Shown here: piece by piece, positions 28,995 to 39,339 of the stretch
Numbering within the stretch: the first letter of the stretch is position 1
Layout of the letters: each line of letters starts with the position of its first letter
From: Pelagomonas calceolata
Lineage: Eukaryota
Assembly: GCA_918797485.1 (NCBI GenBank)
Contig: CAKKNE010000002.1
Coordinates: 3,844,001 to 3,908,000 of the forward strand
Direction of reading: 5' to 3'
Length of the DNA: 64,000 nucleotides
The notes under the pieces: model-generated
Databases searched by the model: none
What the model saw: only the letters and a program-made list of their open reading frames with translations
What the model was told of the DNA's origin: nothing
Translations under genes and position numbers: made by a program

Positions 28995-30056
28995 ATGCAG
29001 CGTGCGCTACTCGCAGCATGCGTCACCCGAGCAGTAGCACTCACGATGCCCTTCGCCACGCCCGCGACCTGGAAGGTGCACACGCTCGGCGGTCCGCGAG
29101 TGGCCAAGGTCGACGGCGCGTACACGCTGTTCTACCACTACCGGCCGCTCGAAGACAAGGACGACCCGGAGCTGCCGCCCCTCTCCACGGGTCGAATCGG
29201 CCGCGCGACGAGCCCGGACGGTCTAGAATGGGAGGTCCAGCACGACGGCCTGGGCGAGGGTGGCTCGAGCGTCTCGAAGGCGGAGGACTGGTTCCAGCAC
29301 GACTGCGGCCACGTGGGCTGCGGCGACGTGTTGTCTGGAGACGCCTGGTTCCTGTACACCTACGGCGGGTCGAACGCGCCGATGGCGCTGCGGGATTTAG
29401 GCGTGGACAGGGACGGCGAGGTCTACGGCATGGACATGAAATTAGGTGTGTGCGTGTCCCAGGACGGCATCAAGTTCGGGAGGTTCGAGGGCGACGAGGC
29501 GGACGGGAGCCTGCTGGGGCCGCCGCCGGCCAATAGCTGGGAGCGGCGGAACGCGCCGGTCGCGTGGCCGGCGGTCTGCGAGGACCCCGGCGGCCAGACG
29601 GGCGACCTTCTCTTGTTCTACGGGACGACGCAGGACGCTACCGGTCTATCGGCGTGTGGCCTGGCGCGCTCGTCGAACGGCGTGACCTGGCGACGGGCGA
29701 CGCCGGCGTCGCCGTGCATCGCGCCGGGCGACGACTGGGACGCGGGCGGCATCCTGCGGCGGAGCGTCCTGCGGCGCGGCCGGGAACTGCTCATGATCTA
29801 CGAGGCCAAGTCCGCAGAGGGGGTCCACGCGTTCGGCCGCGCGACGTCCGATGATGCGGGCGTCACGTGGACCAAGACCGGGCGATGTTTTGAGAGGGGC
29901 GACACGTGGGACGCGCACGCCATCTCGGCGCCGCATCTTCTGGAAGAAGATGGTATTCTACGGCTGTACTACGCGGGGAGCGCCGAGGCCGGGGGAAGCG
30001 CCTCGCTGGGCGTCGCGGAGTCGTCGGACTACGGCGTGACGTGGACTAGGCTCTAA
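28995..30056 (+). CDS. Five-bladed beta-propeller glycosyl hydrolase-like protein (GH32/43/130 clan-like), secretory or plastid
   Basis: Repeated IGRATSPDGLEW, GLARSSNGVTW, GRATSDDAGVTW, GVAESSDYGVTW blades; signal peptide. Confidence 0.8.
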   Translation: MQRALLAACVTRAVALTMPFATPATWKVHTLGGPRVAKVDGAYTLFYHYRPLEDKDDPELPPLSTGRIGRATSPDGLEWEVQHDGLGEGGSSVSKAEDWFQHDCGHVGCGDVLSGDAWFLYTYGGSNAPMALRDLGVDRDGEVYGMDMKLGVCVSQDGIKFGRFEGDEADGSLLGPPPANSWERRNAPVAWPAVCEDPGGQTGDLLLFYGTTQDATGLSACGLARSSNGVTWRRATPASPCIAPGDDWDAGGILRRSVLRRGRELLMIYEAKSAEGVHAFGRATSDDAGVTWTKTGRCFERGDTWDAHAISAPHLLEEDGILRLYYAGSAEAGGSASLGVAESSDYGVTWTRL

Positions 30057-30070
30057 GAACAAATCACAAT

Positions 30071-30892
30071 TTAGGAGAAGAGTGACGCCACGAGGGGCCA
30101 GCCGCCGTCGTCGACCCGCCGCGCCTCGACGCCGACGGACCGGTCGCCGACGAACCCAACGAAGTCCGAGACCGCCCGCAGGCACGCGTCGTCGGGCATG
30201 TCGTGGTGGCCGCAGCCCTCGAGCCAGACCGGCGCGTGCGGGTCGACCAGAAGGGGGTACAGGACGTCGTGGCTGTGCGCGAAGGGGACCATCTGGTCGT
30301 CGCGCCCGTGCATCAGCAACGACCGGCACGTCACGGAACTTATCTTCTCGTAGTTCCTAAACAAGTCGAAAGTGGATAATGCGCGCGCCGCGAAGGAAGG
30401 CATGACCACGAGTCCCGCGGACGCGATCGGCGACTGCAGGATCATGCCGCCCACCTGATGCCGGGCGCACAGGTCGACCGTCGGCCCGCTGCCGATCGAC
30501 CGCCCATACGCAATGATCTGCTTCGGATCGATGCCGCAGTCCCTTGTCAAGTACGCGTACGCCGCGTCTATACATTCCATGCACCCCTGCTCCGACGGAT
30601 CGCCCGACGCCAGGGAATAGCCCAAGTATTCGTACGCGAGCACGTCGGCGCCCGCGTACCTCGCGAGCGCCTCGACGAAGGGCAGGGCCAATCCGAGATC
30701 CTCCGCGTTCGCGTGACTGTAGAGTAGCGTCATGCGCCGCCTCCTCTTCGCCTTGGAGTGCACGTGGACACACGCCGTCGTCTCGCCGCTCGCCGTCCGC
30801 AATAGCACGAGGTCGCTCCGCCGCCGCAGCAGCGCGACGGACCAGGCCTTGTCCGGCACGGGGAAGGCCAAGGCATTGACGGCGCTTTGCAT
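30071..30892 (-). CDS. ABHD17-like alpha/beta hydrolase (depalmitoylase family)
   Basis: LLYSHANAEDLG, YEYLGY, YGRSIGSGPT, MHGRDDQMVP, GCGHHD. Confidence 0.88.
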   Translation of the reverse strand: MQSAVNALAFPVPDKAWSVALLRRRSDLVLLRTASGETTACVHVHSKAKRRRRMTLLYSHANAEDLGLALPFVEALARYAGADVLAYEYLGYSLASGDPSEQGCMECIDAAYAYLTRDCGIDPKQIIAYGRSIGSGPTVDLCARHQVGGMILQSPIASAGLVVMPSFAARALSTFDLFRNYEKISSVTCRSLLMHGRDDQMVPFAHSHDVLYPLLVDPHAPVWLEGCGHHDMPDDACLRAVSDFVGFVGDRSVGVEARRVDDGGWPLVASLFS

Positions 30893-31155
30893 GGCTTCCG
30901 GTCGACGGTGTTCCGGCGACGGCGTCCGATGGGGTGCACGCGTGCGGCTCCCCCGCGGGACGAATGGCTGCCCGATGTGAGCTGGCCCAGGCAAACTTTT
31001 GGGTTCGGGGTCGGGTTTATTGCGACAAGGCAGCCCTCGCGGGGCGCCGGCACGGCTCGGGGGCCCTCGCGAGCTTTCATGATGCGCGCCGCGCGAACCG
31101 CCTGCGGCCCGAAGGCCGCGCTGTAGCTAGCAGCCCAGTTGGTTGGCGCCGCGCC

Positions 31156-32130
31156 ATGACCACCGACGCGTGCACCCCATCGGAGGCCGACCTGCGCGCC
31201 GAGATCGCCAAGCTCGAGCTTGAACTCAAGGGCGTCACCGAGAAGGCTCGGCTATCGCAAGAAGCCCTTGACAGCGCGCGGTCCCAGGAGCCCACCGAGC
31301 CGAAGAAGAAGCCGCGGCGGCGCGGCGGGAAGAAGAAGAATAAAATGTCCGACGCCATCCAGGAGGCGCGCCAAGAAGTGCAGCGCTGCCCGCGGAACGC
31401 GCAGTGCCGCCTCGACCTGGCACGAGCGTACGAGGGCGAGGATAAATTCAGAGAGGCCTACGCCGAAGCGTCGGCGGCCAAGATCTTGATCCCGACTTAT
31501 GGAAGGGCCTGGCGGCTGAAGCAGAAGCTCGAGAAGGTCATGGCCGAGAAAAACATCAGTTTTGAGGACGATGATAACTTATATTTGGATACGCCTCTGG
31601 ATGCGAAAGTAGAGGATGATAATGAATTGCCGCCCGTCACGGCGGACACACCAGAGGAAGCTCGAGAAAAGGCCGCGGAGGAGAAGAAACAGGGCGACGC
31701 GCATTTTCTCGGAAAAAGACACGAACAAGCGTGTGAACGGTGGGGCCGCGCCATTGAATTGTTGAAGGCGCACGACATCACCGACGTGTCCGTGGCCAAG
31801 CTCTACTCGAATCGCGCCGCGGCTCACCTCGCGTTGAAAAAACATGTCCTGGCGGCGCGCGACGGAGCCTTGGCCGTCGAATGCGATGCAGGATGGTGGA
31901 AGGGCCACTGGTACTTCGGCCAGGCGACTTTGGAGCTCGTGAAGGCGTCGGCCGCGCAGCGCGGCGCGTGCACCTCGAATGGGGAAAGAGCCCAGGAGGC
32001 CTACCGGGCCTTCGTCCGGTGCGCCGGCGTCTGCCCCGCTTCCAAGAAGGACGAGGTGGAATTACTGGCGGCGACGACCCAACAAAAGATCTACGAGATG
32101 ACGGAGCAGGAGGGCTGCGTGGTCTGCTAA
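31156..32130 (+). CDS. TPR-repeat protein ending in CaaX-like CVVC
   Basis: AAEEKKQGDAHF, LYSNRAAAHLAL, WWKGHWYFGQA. Confidence 0.8.
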   Translation: MTTDACTPSEADLRAEIAKLELELKGVTEKARLSQEALDSARSQEPTEPKKKPRRRGGKKKNKMSDAIQEARQEVQRCPRNAQCRLDLARAYEGEDKFREAYAEASAAKILIPTYGRAWRLKQKLEKVMAEKNISFEDDDNLYLDTPLDAKVEDDNELPPVTADTPEEAREKAAEEKKQGDAHFLGKRHEQACERWGRAIELLKAHDITDVSVAKLYSNRAAAHLALKKHVLAARDGALAVECDAGWWKGHWYFGQATLELVKASAAQRGACTSNGERAQEAYRAFVRCAGVCPASKKDEVELLAATTQQKIYEMTEQEGCVVC

Positions 32131-32149
32131 GTAGGGCTTTTACTACTAG

Positions 32150-32231
32150 TGTTACGGGGCGAGGACTCGTGGCCCAGGGGGAGACATCGCGCGTCGTTTC
32201 GCATACTTGCTAGTGTCTTACAGGCGCTAGC
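32150..32231 (+). repeat. Diverged ~72-bp element (32150-32196) followed by the 24-bp motif (32209-32231)
   Basis: tgttacggggcgaggactcgtggcccagggggagacatcgcgcgtcg...gctagtgtcttacaggcgctagc. Confidence 0.85.
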
Positions 32232-32370
32232 TAAAGCCGGTAGCGTTGGCCCAAATCGGCCCCAGATCGTGGCCGGTCGCATCCAGGGGCTGCCCGCCGC
32301 AGGAAAACGCCTGCCAGCGACCGGGGGCAGCCCTTCCGTCTGCGAGCCTGGGGCAGAAGCTATCAGAGCC

Positions 32371-34422
32371 ATGCTGGCCCAGCTGCCCTCGGCCCTTGAG
32401 GCTTTTGACGACGCGGGCAGCGTCTTCCTGCCGCCGGACCCGAACTTTCAGGATCATGACGACGACGACGATTCCTTCGCGTCCCAGGATACATTATTAG
32501 AGGACGCGCGCACGAAGCACAAGAGGTTGGCAAGGCAGCGCCTCGAGGCCGCGTCGAGGGACGCGAAGCCCGTGAAGACGATGCCGATGACGCAGCCTAT
32601 TGTCGTCAAAACGCCGAAGAAAGTGCAGCCGCCGACGCCGTCTCCCTTAACACTCGACGCCGTCACAAAACTCGCGACGGCGGACGTAAGACGAGAGCTC
32701 GAGGCGCGAGGCCTCCGGAGCGCCGGGCCGCGGAGTATCGCCGTGGCTCGACTGAGGCACGCGCTCGAGCCCCAGCAACCGACCCAAAAGAAGAGCAGCG
32801 GCACCGGGACGGGCGTCTTCGACATCGCCGACTTTGCGATATCTCCGGACGCGGACCGCGTCGCGTTCGGCTCGACGATACGACTGAAAGTCAGTCCCGA
32901 GGAGCACGGCGCCGTGGAGTACTCGATCCAGTGCGCGAAACTTATAGGAGGGAGCAAACAACTCTATCAAGCGTGGGCGGCGCCGTCGTTGACCAAGGGC
33001 CAGACCTACGAGCACGTGTTCGACGATGTTGGTATTTACATTTTATCGGAACCGACGCACCGCTTCGAATGCCAGGTCGAGGTCTACGCCGTGACCGGGA
33101 TGAAGGAGCTCCGCGAGGAGGCGAAGCGCCGGAAGGTCGAGGCGAAGCGGCGCCAGGTGTCCGAGGAAAAGGCGTCGCAGGAGAAGATGCGACGAGACGC
33201 CGAGGCGAAGCGACGGCAAGAAGAGGCGCAGCGCCTCGAGGCCGATGAGAGAGCCAGAGCCCAGGCCGAGGCCGAGAAGAACGACCCCAAACTAAGGAGG
33301 GAGGCCGAAGCGAGACGCGAGGAGGCCGTCTTCGCCTCGTCGCACCAGTGGAAGATGCGGCCGCGCACGTCGCACACGGGGACCGGTAGGCGGCGAAGAT
33401 TGCACCAGCTCCTCGACGAGTCTCGCAACGAGCAGAAGCCGTCGCGGCCGTCCACATCTCATTTAGCGATGCCGGCGCCCGGCCAGCACAAGCCCATGTA
33501 CGCCGATCAAAGACGACCGTCGACGTCGGCCATGCGGCCGGCGTCCTACGGCGCTTCCCTGAGGAGAGCGCCCCAGGTCCGCCACACGGCCGCCTCTATT
33601 TTAGCTCTGCCGGACCGCTGGGTGAACACCGACTTGTTAGATGATGAGAGTGATGAGGACATCGTGGCACCGCGACGGCAGGCGAAGAGCCAGATGGTCT
33701 TCGTAAAAAGTTCGGGCACGTACGAGCGACGGTTGACGAGGGCCGCCGTGTCGTCGTTCGCGCCGAAGGCGGCCAAGGCGCCTCCCAAAAAAGCTACGGT
33801 GATGGAGTTGAAAGCGCGCGCCGCCGCTGAGGCTTGTAGGGACCAGCCGAAGCGCCTCGGGGCGCCGGCCGACGACCCGGAGCCAATCACTCCGCAGCTT
33901 AGGGTGGGCGGTTCTGCGACAGAGCGGGCCACGGGCAAAGTATGTAGAGTCGTCGGCAAGAAGCAGGGCCTCTATCAAATCCAGTTCGCCGGCTCAAGTG
34001 CGACGCACGCGCGGCGCGCCGCGCAGCTCACGGCTACAATAGAAGAGGAGGCCGCCGCGCCTGTGACGCCGCCAAAACCACCCGCGCCGTCATTACCCCA
34101 GATTATCATAGAGGACAACGCCTGGGCGCCGCTTGACCTCATCGTGGCGCCGGGCGACGAGTGCGAGGTGCGGGTCCACGAGGACGAACCTAGATGTGTG
34201 GAATATCAAATCAAATGCGAGCGCATCCTGGACTACGTGCCGCCGCTGCACGTGGAGCTCTTCGAAACCAACATAATGACGGCCGGCGAGGTCTTTCGGT
34301 ATGTGTTCAAGGAACAGGGCCGCTACGAAGTTTTTGACGTCGACGCGCCAGAAATACGCGGCGTCATTCACGTCACGACGCAGCCCGACCAAGTACAAGA
34401 ACGACTAAAACGAGGGTCCTAG
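32371..34422 (+). CDS. SAP-domain protein with two cupredoxin-like domains and a coiled coil
   Basis: SAP LATADVRRELEARGLRSAGPRSIAVARL; IADFAISP...LTKGQTYEHVFDDVGIY and IEDNAWAP...MTAGEVFRYVFKEQGRY. Confidence 0.7.
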   Translation: MLAQLPSALEAFDDAGSVFLPPDPNFQDHDDDDDSFASQDTLLEDARTKHKRLARQRLEAASRDAKPVKTMPMTQPIVVKTPKKVQPPTPSPLTLDAVTKLATADVRRELEARGLRSAGPRSIAVARLRHALEPQQPTQKKSSGTGTGVFDIADFAISPDADRVAFGSTIRLKVSPEEHGAVEYSIQCAKLIGGSKQLYQAWAAPSLTKGQTYEHVFDDVGIYILSEPTHRFECQVEVYAVTGMKELREEAKRRKVEAKRRQVSEEKASQEKMRRDAEAKRRQEEAQRLEADERARAQAEAEKNDPKLRREAEARREEAVFASSHQWKMRPRTSHTGTGRRRRLHQLLDESRNEQKPSRPSTSHLAMPAPGQHKPMYADQRRPSTSAMRPASYGASLRRAPQVRHTAASILALPDRWVNTDLLDDESDEDIVAPRRQAKSQMVFVKSSGTYERRLTRAAVSSFAPKAAKAPPKKATVMELKARAAAEACRDQPKRLGAPADDPEPITPQLRVGGSATERATGKVCRVVGKKQGLYQIQFAGSSATHARRAAQLTATIEEEAAAPVTPPKPPAPSLPQIIIEDNAWAPLDLIVAPGDECEVRVHEDEPRCVEYQIKCERILDYVPPLHVELFETNIMTAGEVFRYVFKEQGRYEVFDVDAPEIRGVIHVTTQPDQVQERLKRGS

Positions 34423-34496
34423 TAGCTTTTCTTCTCTTACACGCGACGCGATGAAAGGGGATGGGGTGCCCGCTTCTTGCGGGTAAAGGGGGAAAT

Positions 34497-37456
34497 CTAG
34501 TCGAACGCCTCGCTCACGCACGCCCGCTGGATCTCGTCGAACGTGTCGCAGAGCTTGGCGTTCGCCGCCAGCTCGTTGGCGAGGTCGTCGCGCCGTTTTT
34601 CTAGAGCCGCTCGCGCTCTAGCCACATCAAAGAGGTCCGGGCAGCCCTCGCTCGAGTTGACCTCGTCGTCCAAGTGCTCCCGCAGATACAGGGGAAAGTC
34701 GTCGACGAACGGCATCAGGAAGAAGCAGTTGAACTTCACCGCGACCGTCCGCGCGAAGTGCTCGCGCCACGCCGCCGCGATGCGTCTAACCAGAGAGCCG
34801 ACGACCTCGTGCGGCGGCGTGACCGGTGACAAGGAGCCAATCGGCGTCGCCAGCGTCTGCTTGAGCACGTCGACGTTGTCGTTCTGCTCGCCGAACGCGT
34901 CGCGCCAGTCGTCGACGATCGCGGCTTCCACGGCACTCTCGTCCCTGGCGCTGAACCATCTTCTAGCTTTGCTCTTTTTGGAAGAGCGGGGATTGTCCAA
35001 GGCCGACCGCGCCGCGGCCATGTCCGCCTGGACGTTCTGGGCCAAGTCAGGTGTGGGTTCTAGAGCAGCGGCCATCGACGACGTCGCATCCGACGAAGAA
35101 GCCAGATCCCAGGTCACGAAGCGCGTCATGGCCTCCAAATCGTCGCGACATCTCGCTACCGCCCGATCCGCAAGCTCCAAGACGTACTTGTCGTAGATCG
35201 ACGCTACTAATCTCATCACAGCCTCGTACGGCCCGTCCGCTTCTTTCCTCAAAGTCGACGGCCCGCCGCGCGCTTCGCGCACGGCGTCGGACGTCGACGG
35301 CGCCGGCTCTTCCTCAGAAAAGACCCGACGCGACGGCGTGCCGCCCTGCAGCTCCATCATCCTTTCTAATGCAGGAGGCAGCCGCCGCATGACGTGCGAC
35401 ACGCGGTGCGCCAGCGTGCGCAGCTGCGGCTCGAAGCTTCGTCGCGCCTTGTCCACCGCGATCACGCAGGACGCCCTGACAAAATCCGCGCCGTCGTGCG
35501 CGTCGCCGACGCCCAGGGCATTCGCGATCTCGTCGCTGCCGACCGATGGTAATGATAAATGTCTCACGGCTAGAGCGAACTCCCGTAACGCGCGGCGGTA
35601 CTGGGCGCCGCCATAAAGAGCAGCGTCGGCGTGGCCGACCGCACCGTCCAACGCTGTTTGACTTAACGTGAGCTCCATCGAGGCTTTGCCCTGTGCCACG
35701 TCGGGCTGCTGCACGAACGCCGCCGCCGCGGCCCGCACGCCTGGTGTTCTTCTACTGGAAGTGGTGGGGAAGAAGCCTCCCCTGAGAACGCGCTCACCAC
35801 TGTCCTCCTCGACGTCCTCGTCCTCCTCGACGAGGGTCTCGACCGGCGCCAAGAACGCCCCACCGCTCACGCGTTCATCAGCCAACCGCTCGCCATAAAT
35901 ATTCGTCTCCGCCGCCACGGAACCCGCGACCGCCGCCCCCAGCGACCTACAGAACTTGTCCGCGACGGCCTCGGCGGACCTCCGCAACCGCTCCGGCGTC
36001 AATGCGGCCAATTCTTCGTCCGCCGCCTTCAGGGCCGCCTCCGTCGCCTGGCGCTCCTGGCGCAATAACGGCACGACGCGCGCCACGTTCGCGCGGTACT
36101 GGCGCTCGACATGCTTCTCGAGGAATCTGCGTAAAGCATGAACACCTAACCGGTCCTGCACGGTCCCAAAACCCTGGTGGCCCAGTTTCGCTCGCACCAA
36201 AGAAGCGTCCGCCCGTGCCGCCCGCGCGACGGCGGCTCTGAATTCGGCATCTTGCCGATAGGCCACACCATCATCAGCGGGAGCACCCGCAAACCAGGCC
36301 TCGTCGTCGTCCCTTCTCTCATAAACGTCTCCTTGTGAGCTGATTGGTGACGCTACTCTCCCACACGGCACGGACGTGAAGAAGGGTCCCGCGAGTAACC
36401 GAGGGTGGAGATCTTGTAAAACCCCGGCCCGCAGGAAGCGCATGATGTCCCTCGCGCCGCTGAACTGGACGAGTTTCGTATCTAATTTCGTGTTGACCAC
36501 GACCGTTCGCGCCAGCGTCGGGTCCGCGTCGGCACAGAGTCGTCTAGCCGCCGACGCGAGGCCCCAATCATTGTGGTCATCAATACACAGCAGGATGGCG
36601 GACCGTTGTTTTGCTTTCGACAGAGCCAACTCATAAGCTTCTCGCGCTTGCAGCTTGAGGTTCCTTCTCGTAGGACTATCTCTGGCATCGTCGGCCTCGT
36701 CCGCGGCGGTCACGTCACCTACTAAGCCGGGCGTGTCCACTAAAACAAGGTTGGGACAATGTCTATATTCGACGCGAATGACGATCTCCCGCGCTTCGAA
36801 GCTTCTATGAGCGTCCCGCTCCAATCGTCGGTTCTCCTCCTCGATGAAGCGTCGCGCCTCCGCCAAGGTCGCTCGGCGCTCGTGGGGCGCGCCGTCGGCG
36901 ACCGGCTCGCCGCCCACGAACCTTTCGTCCATGATGTACACGGCGGGCTCGTCGCAGGCCGCGTTGTAGTGCATCTGGAGGGCGATGGGCCTTCGTGTTC
37001 TCGTGCCGCCGCCGACCTCGTTAAACTGGAAGCCCATGAGCGCCTCGACGAGCGCGCTCTTCCCGGCGGACTGGGCGCCGACCACGACGACCGCGGGCAC
37101 CTCGAAGGGCTTGCGGTAGGCGTTCGCGAGGCTGTGGAGGCTGTTGTAGGCTTCGTACCTGTGTGTTTTGGGGTCGTCGTCGTCGTGGAGCCCGACGGCG
37201 TGTTGACCCGCGCGCGGGGCGGGCGGGGCGGTACTGACAAGCGTTCTGTGTGCTGTGACACCGGTACTGACAAGCGCTCGCGATTCTCCGTGTCCACGGC
37301 GTCGCGGTCCGCTTCTCGCGCGCCGCCTTCGACGTTTATGGCGCGCGCGGCAAGCGGCGTCGGCCGCGCGACCCGCGCGCGCGGCGTGCGCGGCGCAGCG
37401 CACGCAACGGCTGCTAACAAGCTAACTCGCGCCCAGCGCGCGCGGCGCGTCTCCAT
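34497..37456 (-). CDS. DRP5B: Plastid-division dynamin-related protein (DRP5B/ARC5); exons 37456-37272 and 37158-34497
   Basis: Spliced RL-YEAYNSLH; GAQSAGKS, GGGTRTRRPI, DTPG, TKLD; LYGGAQYRRAL; KFNCFFLMPF; N-terminal signal peptide. Confidence 0.92.
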
Positions 37457-37742
37457 ATCTGTTTGTGGTGCAGTCAAGTACTGCTGGATGCGTACAGCGA
37501 ACTCTGGGGCGCAGCGCGCCTTGCGCAATGCGCCTTATTAGGACGAACTGCCGCCGAGTGAAATTCTAGTGTGTCTATCAACTGTCACTCTACATTGTTC
37601 CGGAAACCCCCCAGCAGCCCTCGCCAGCGCTCCCCGAGCACCCCTGCCGACCCCGCGCAAAATTTGGCGCTCGAAGTCAGACATGCCACCGCGCGGAGCC
37701 ACCACAAGTACAAGGAAGAGAGAAACACATTACAAACAGCTA

Positions 37743-39047
37743 CTACCGCTCGCACAACCACGTCCGGTTGGCGCCGTCGCGCGCGTCCACGTTATCGCGC
37801 GCCTCCGCGACCGTTTCTTTATAAAGCTGGTCCGTCTCGTGGCTGCCGCGCCCCGTCGCCATCCAGCTCCGTTTGGACGAGGACCAGGGGTGCGGCGCGT
37901 GGACCAGGAACCCCAGCGGCAGCACCGCGAATACATACCCCGCGTACCGCAATCGAGCAATTTGCTCGATCTTGTTCTTGCCGTAGCCCGTGTACGACGC
38001 GTCGAAGCGCACGTCGGCGTTGTTCCGCAACACGACGTAGGGCTCGAAGCGCGCACTCTTAAAACATGCGATGCGCCGCGGTTCCACATAAGAAGCGAAC
38101 GGTAACAAACCTTCGGGCAATTTGGGCGCGTCCTTGCCCGAGGGCTGGGCCTCGGCGGCGCGCACGCGGTCGGCGGCGCGGAAGGCGCGTGTTGACGCCG
38201 CTTTCGCCGTGGCCTCGACCCAGGCCGCCGTGTTTGTGGTTCCGTGCGCGTCGCGGTTCCACGTAAAATCAAACACGATGCACGCGACGGACGCCAGACA
38301 ATCGAGGAGCTGGGCAAAGTTTTCGGGAATGAAGTCGGGTTTCGATAGTTCGCGCTTCCACCTTTTATCGGAATAGCCGCGCCAGTTGCCCTTCCTTTGG
38401 AACGCCGGGACCACCAACGCGCTTCGAGGGTGGTTTTTCAAATACAAAGATTGCGCCAGGATGGCCTCGTGCAGTTCCGTGGACGGGAAAAAATCCACGT
38501 CGACGACTAGGACGTGGGACGTCGTGACCGCGTTGAGCGCGGCGTTCCGCAGCGCGTTGATGGGGTAATTGCCAGCGTAGGAGAAGAGCTGCATCGTCGT
38601 TGTCGTTCCGAGAAGCAAGGCGCCTCTCCATCGTAAAGACTGGTCTATTTTGGCTCGTAGCACGGAAGCCGAGGGGTGCGGTTTTGATGAACCGCAGACC
38701 GCCTCCGTCGCGATAGACTGATCACCCACAACAGCCACAGAAATGGGGCCGCTCCAGCGCGCGCATAGGAAGCGCAGCAGCCAGACTCGATCAGACGAGG
38801 CCTGCGTCGCGAGCGTCGCGCCGATACCCTCAGTTGTTACTAGGGGCGCGGCGCCCTCGTCCATTTGTTGTTCCTCCTCGGGCAGCGTCGCCAGGGTGAT
38901 GCTCGCGAAGACGACGGCCGCCAGGACTGTTAGCACGCAGCACAGCGCGCAGCGCCGCGGGCGCCGCCGCCGCCGTCGCGGCGACAGGGGCGTGTCCGCC
39001 TCCTCGACGTCGACGCTCGGCGACACCGTGTGGCGGTGGGAGAGCAT
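37743..39047 (-). CDS. GT49 glycosyltransferase (LARGE glucuronyltransferase-like), type II membrane protein
   Basis: TM near N-terminus; YPINALRNAAL, VVDVDF, FEPYVV, GYGKNKI. Confidence 0.85.
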   Translation of the reverse strand: MLSHRHTVSPSVDVEEADTPLSPRRRRRRPRRCALCCVLTVLAAVVFASITLATLPEEEQQMDEGAAPLVTTEGIGATLATQASSDRVWLLRFLCARWSGPISVAVVGDQSIATEAVCGSSKPHPSASVLRAKIDQSLRWRGALLLGTTTTMQLFSYAGNYPINALRNAALNAVTTSHVLVVDVDFFPSTELHEAILAQSLYLKNHPRSALVVPAFQRKGNWRGYSDKRWKRELSKPDFIPENFAQLLDCLASVACIVFDFTWNRDAHGTTNTAAWVEATAKAASTRAFRAADRVRAAEAQPSGKDAPKLPEGLLPFASYVEPRRIACFKSARFEPYVVLRNNADVRFDASYTGYGKNKIEQIARLRYAGYVFAVLPLGFLVHAPHPWSSSKRSWMATGRGSHETDQLYKETVAEARDNVDARDGANRTWLCER

Positions 39048-39339
39048 CGGTGCTGCGCCGCGCGTCGTGTGAGTGTCGCAGCTCTTTTGATGTGCTGCAC
39101 CAAATCTGGCTATGTGCGTGCGCGGCGGGCCTAGGTATGATGCGCCCTCCTCAAAATTATCCGAAACGATGCTAAATGTCTATGATGCAGTGATTTAAGC
39201 CACGCTACGGCCGCTTTCCCATCAAAATCGCGCCAAAAACCCGTCGTTCACTGCTTCGACGGGTCCCGGAGGAGCGGGAGCGACTAGGGGGTCGCGCGCC
39301 GTGTAAAACCCGAACCCGAACCTGCTTTGCAGAATTTAC

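Noticed and set aside
37272..37403. ORF-track N-terminus of the dynamin (MRCAAHAARAG...)
   Set aside because: Wrong frame; a spliced model from ATG 37456 restores the conserved RLYEAYN
39306..39322. aacccgaacccgaacc as telomeric repeat (similar run near 30998-31018)
   Set aside because: Only 2-3 imperfect units; not a canonical array
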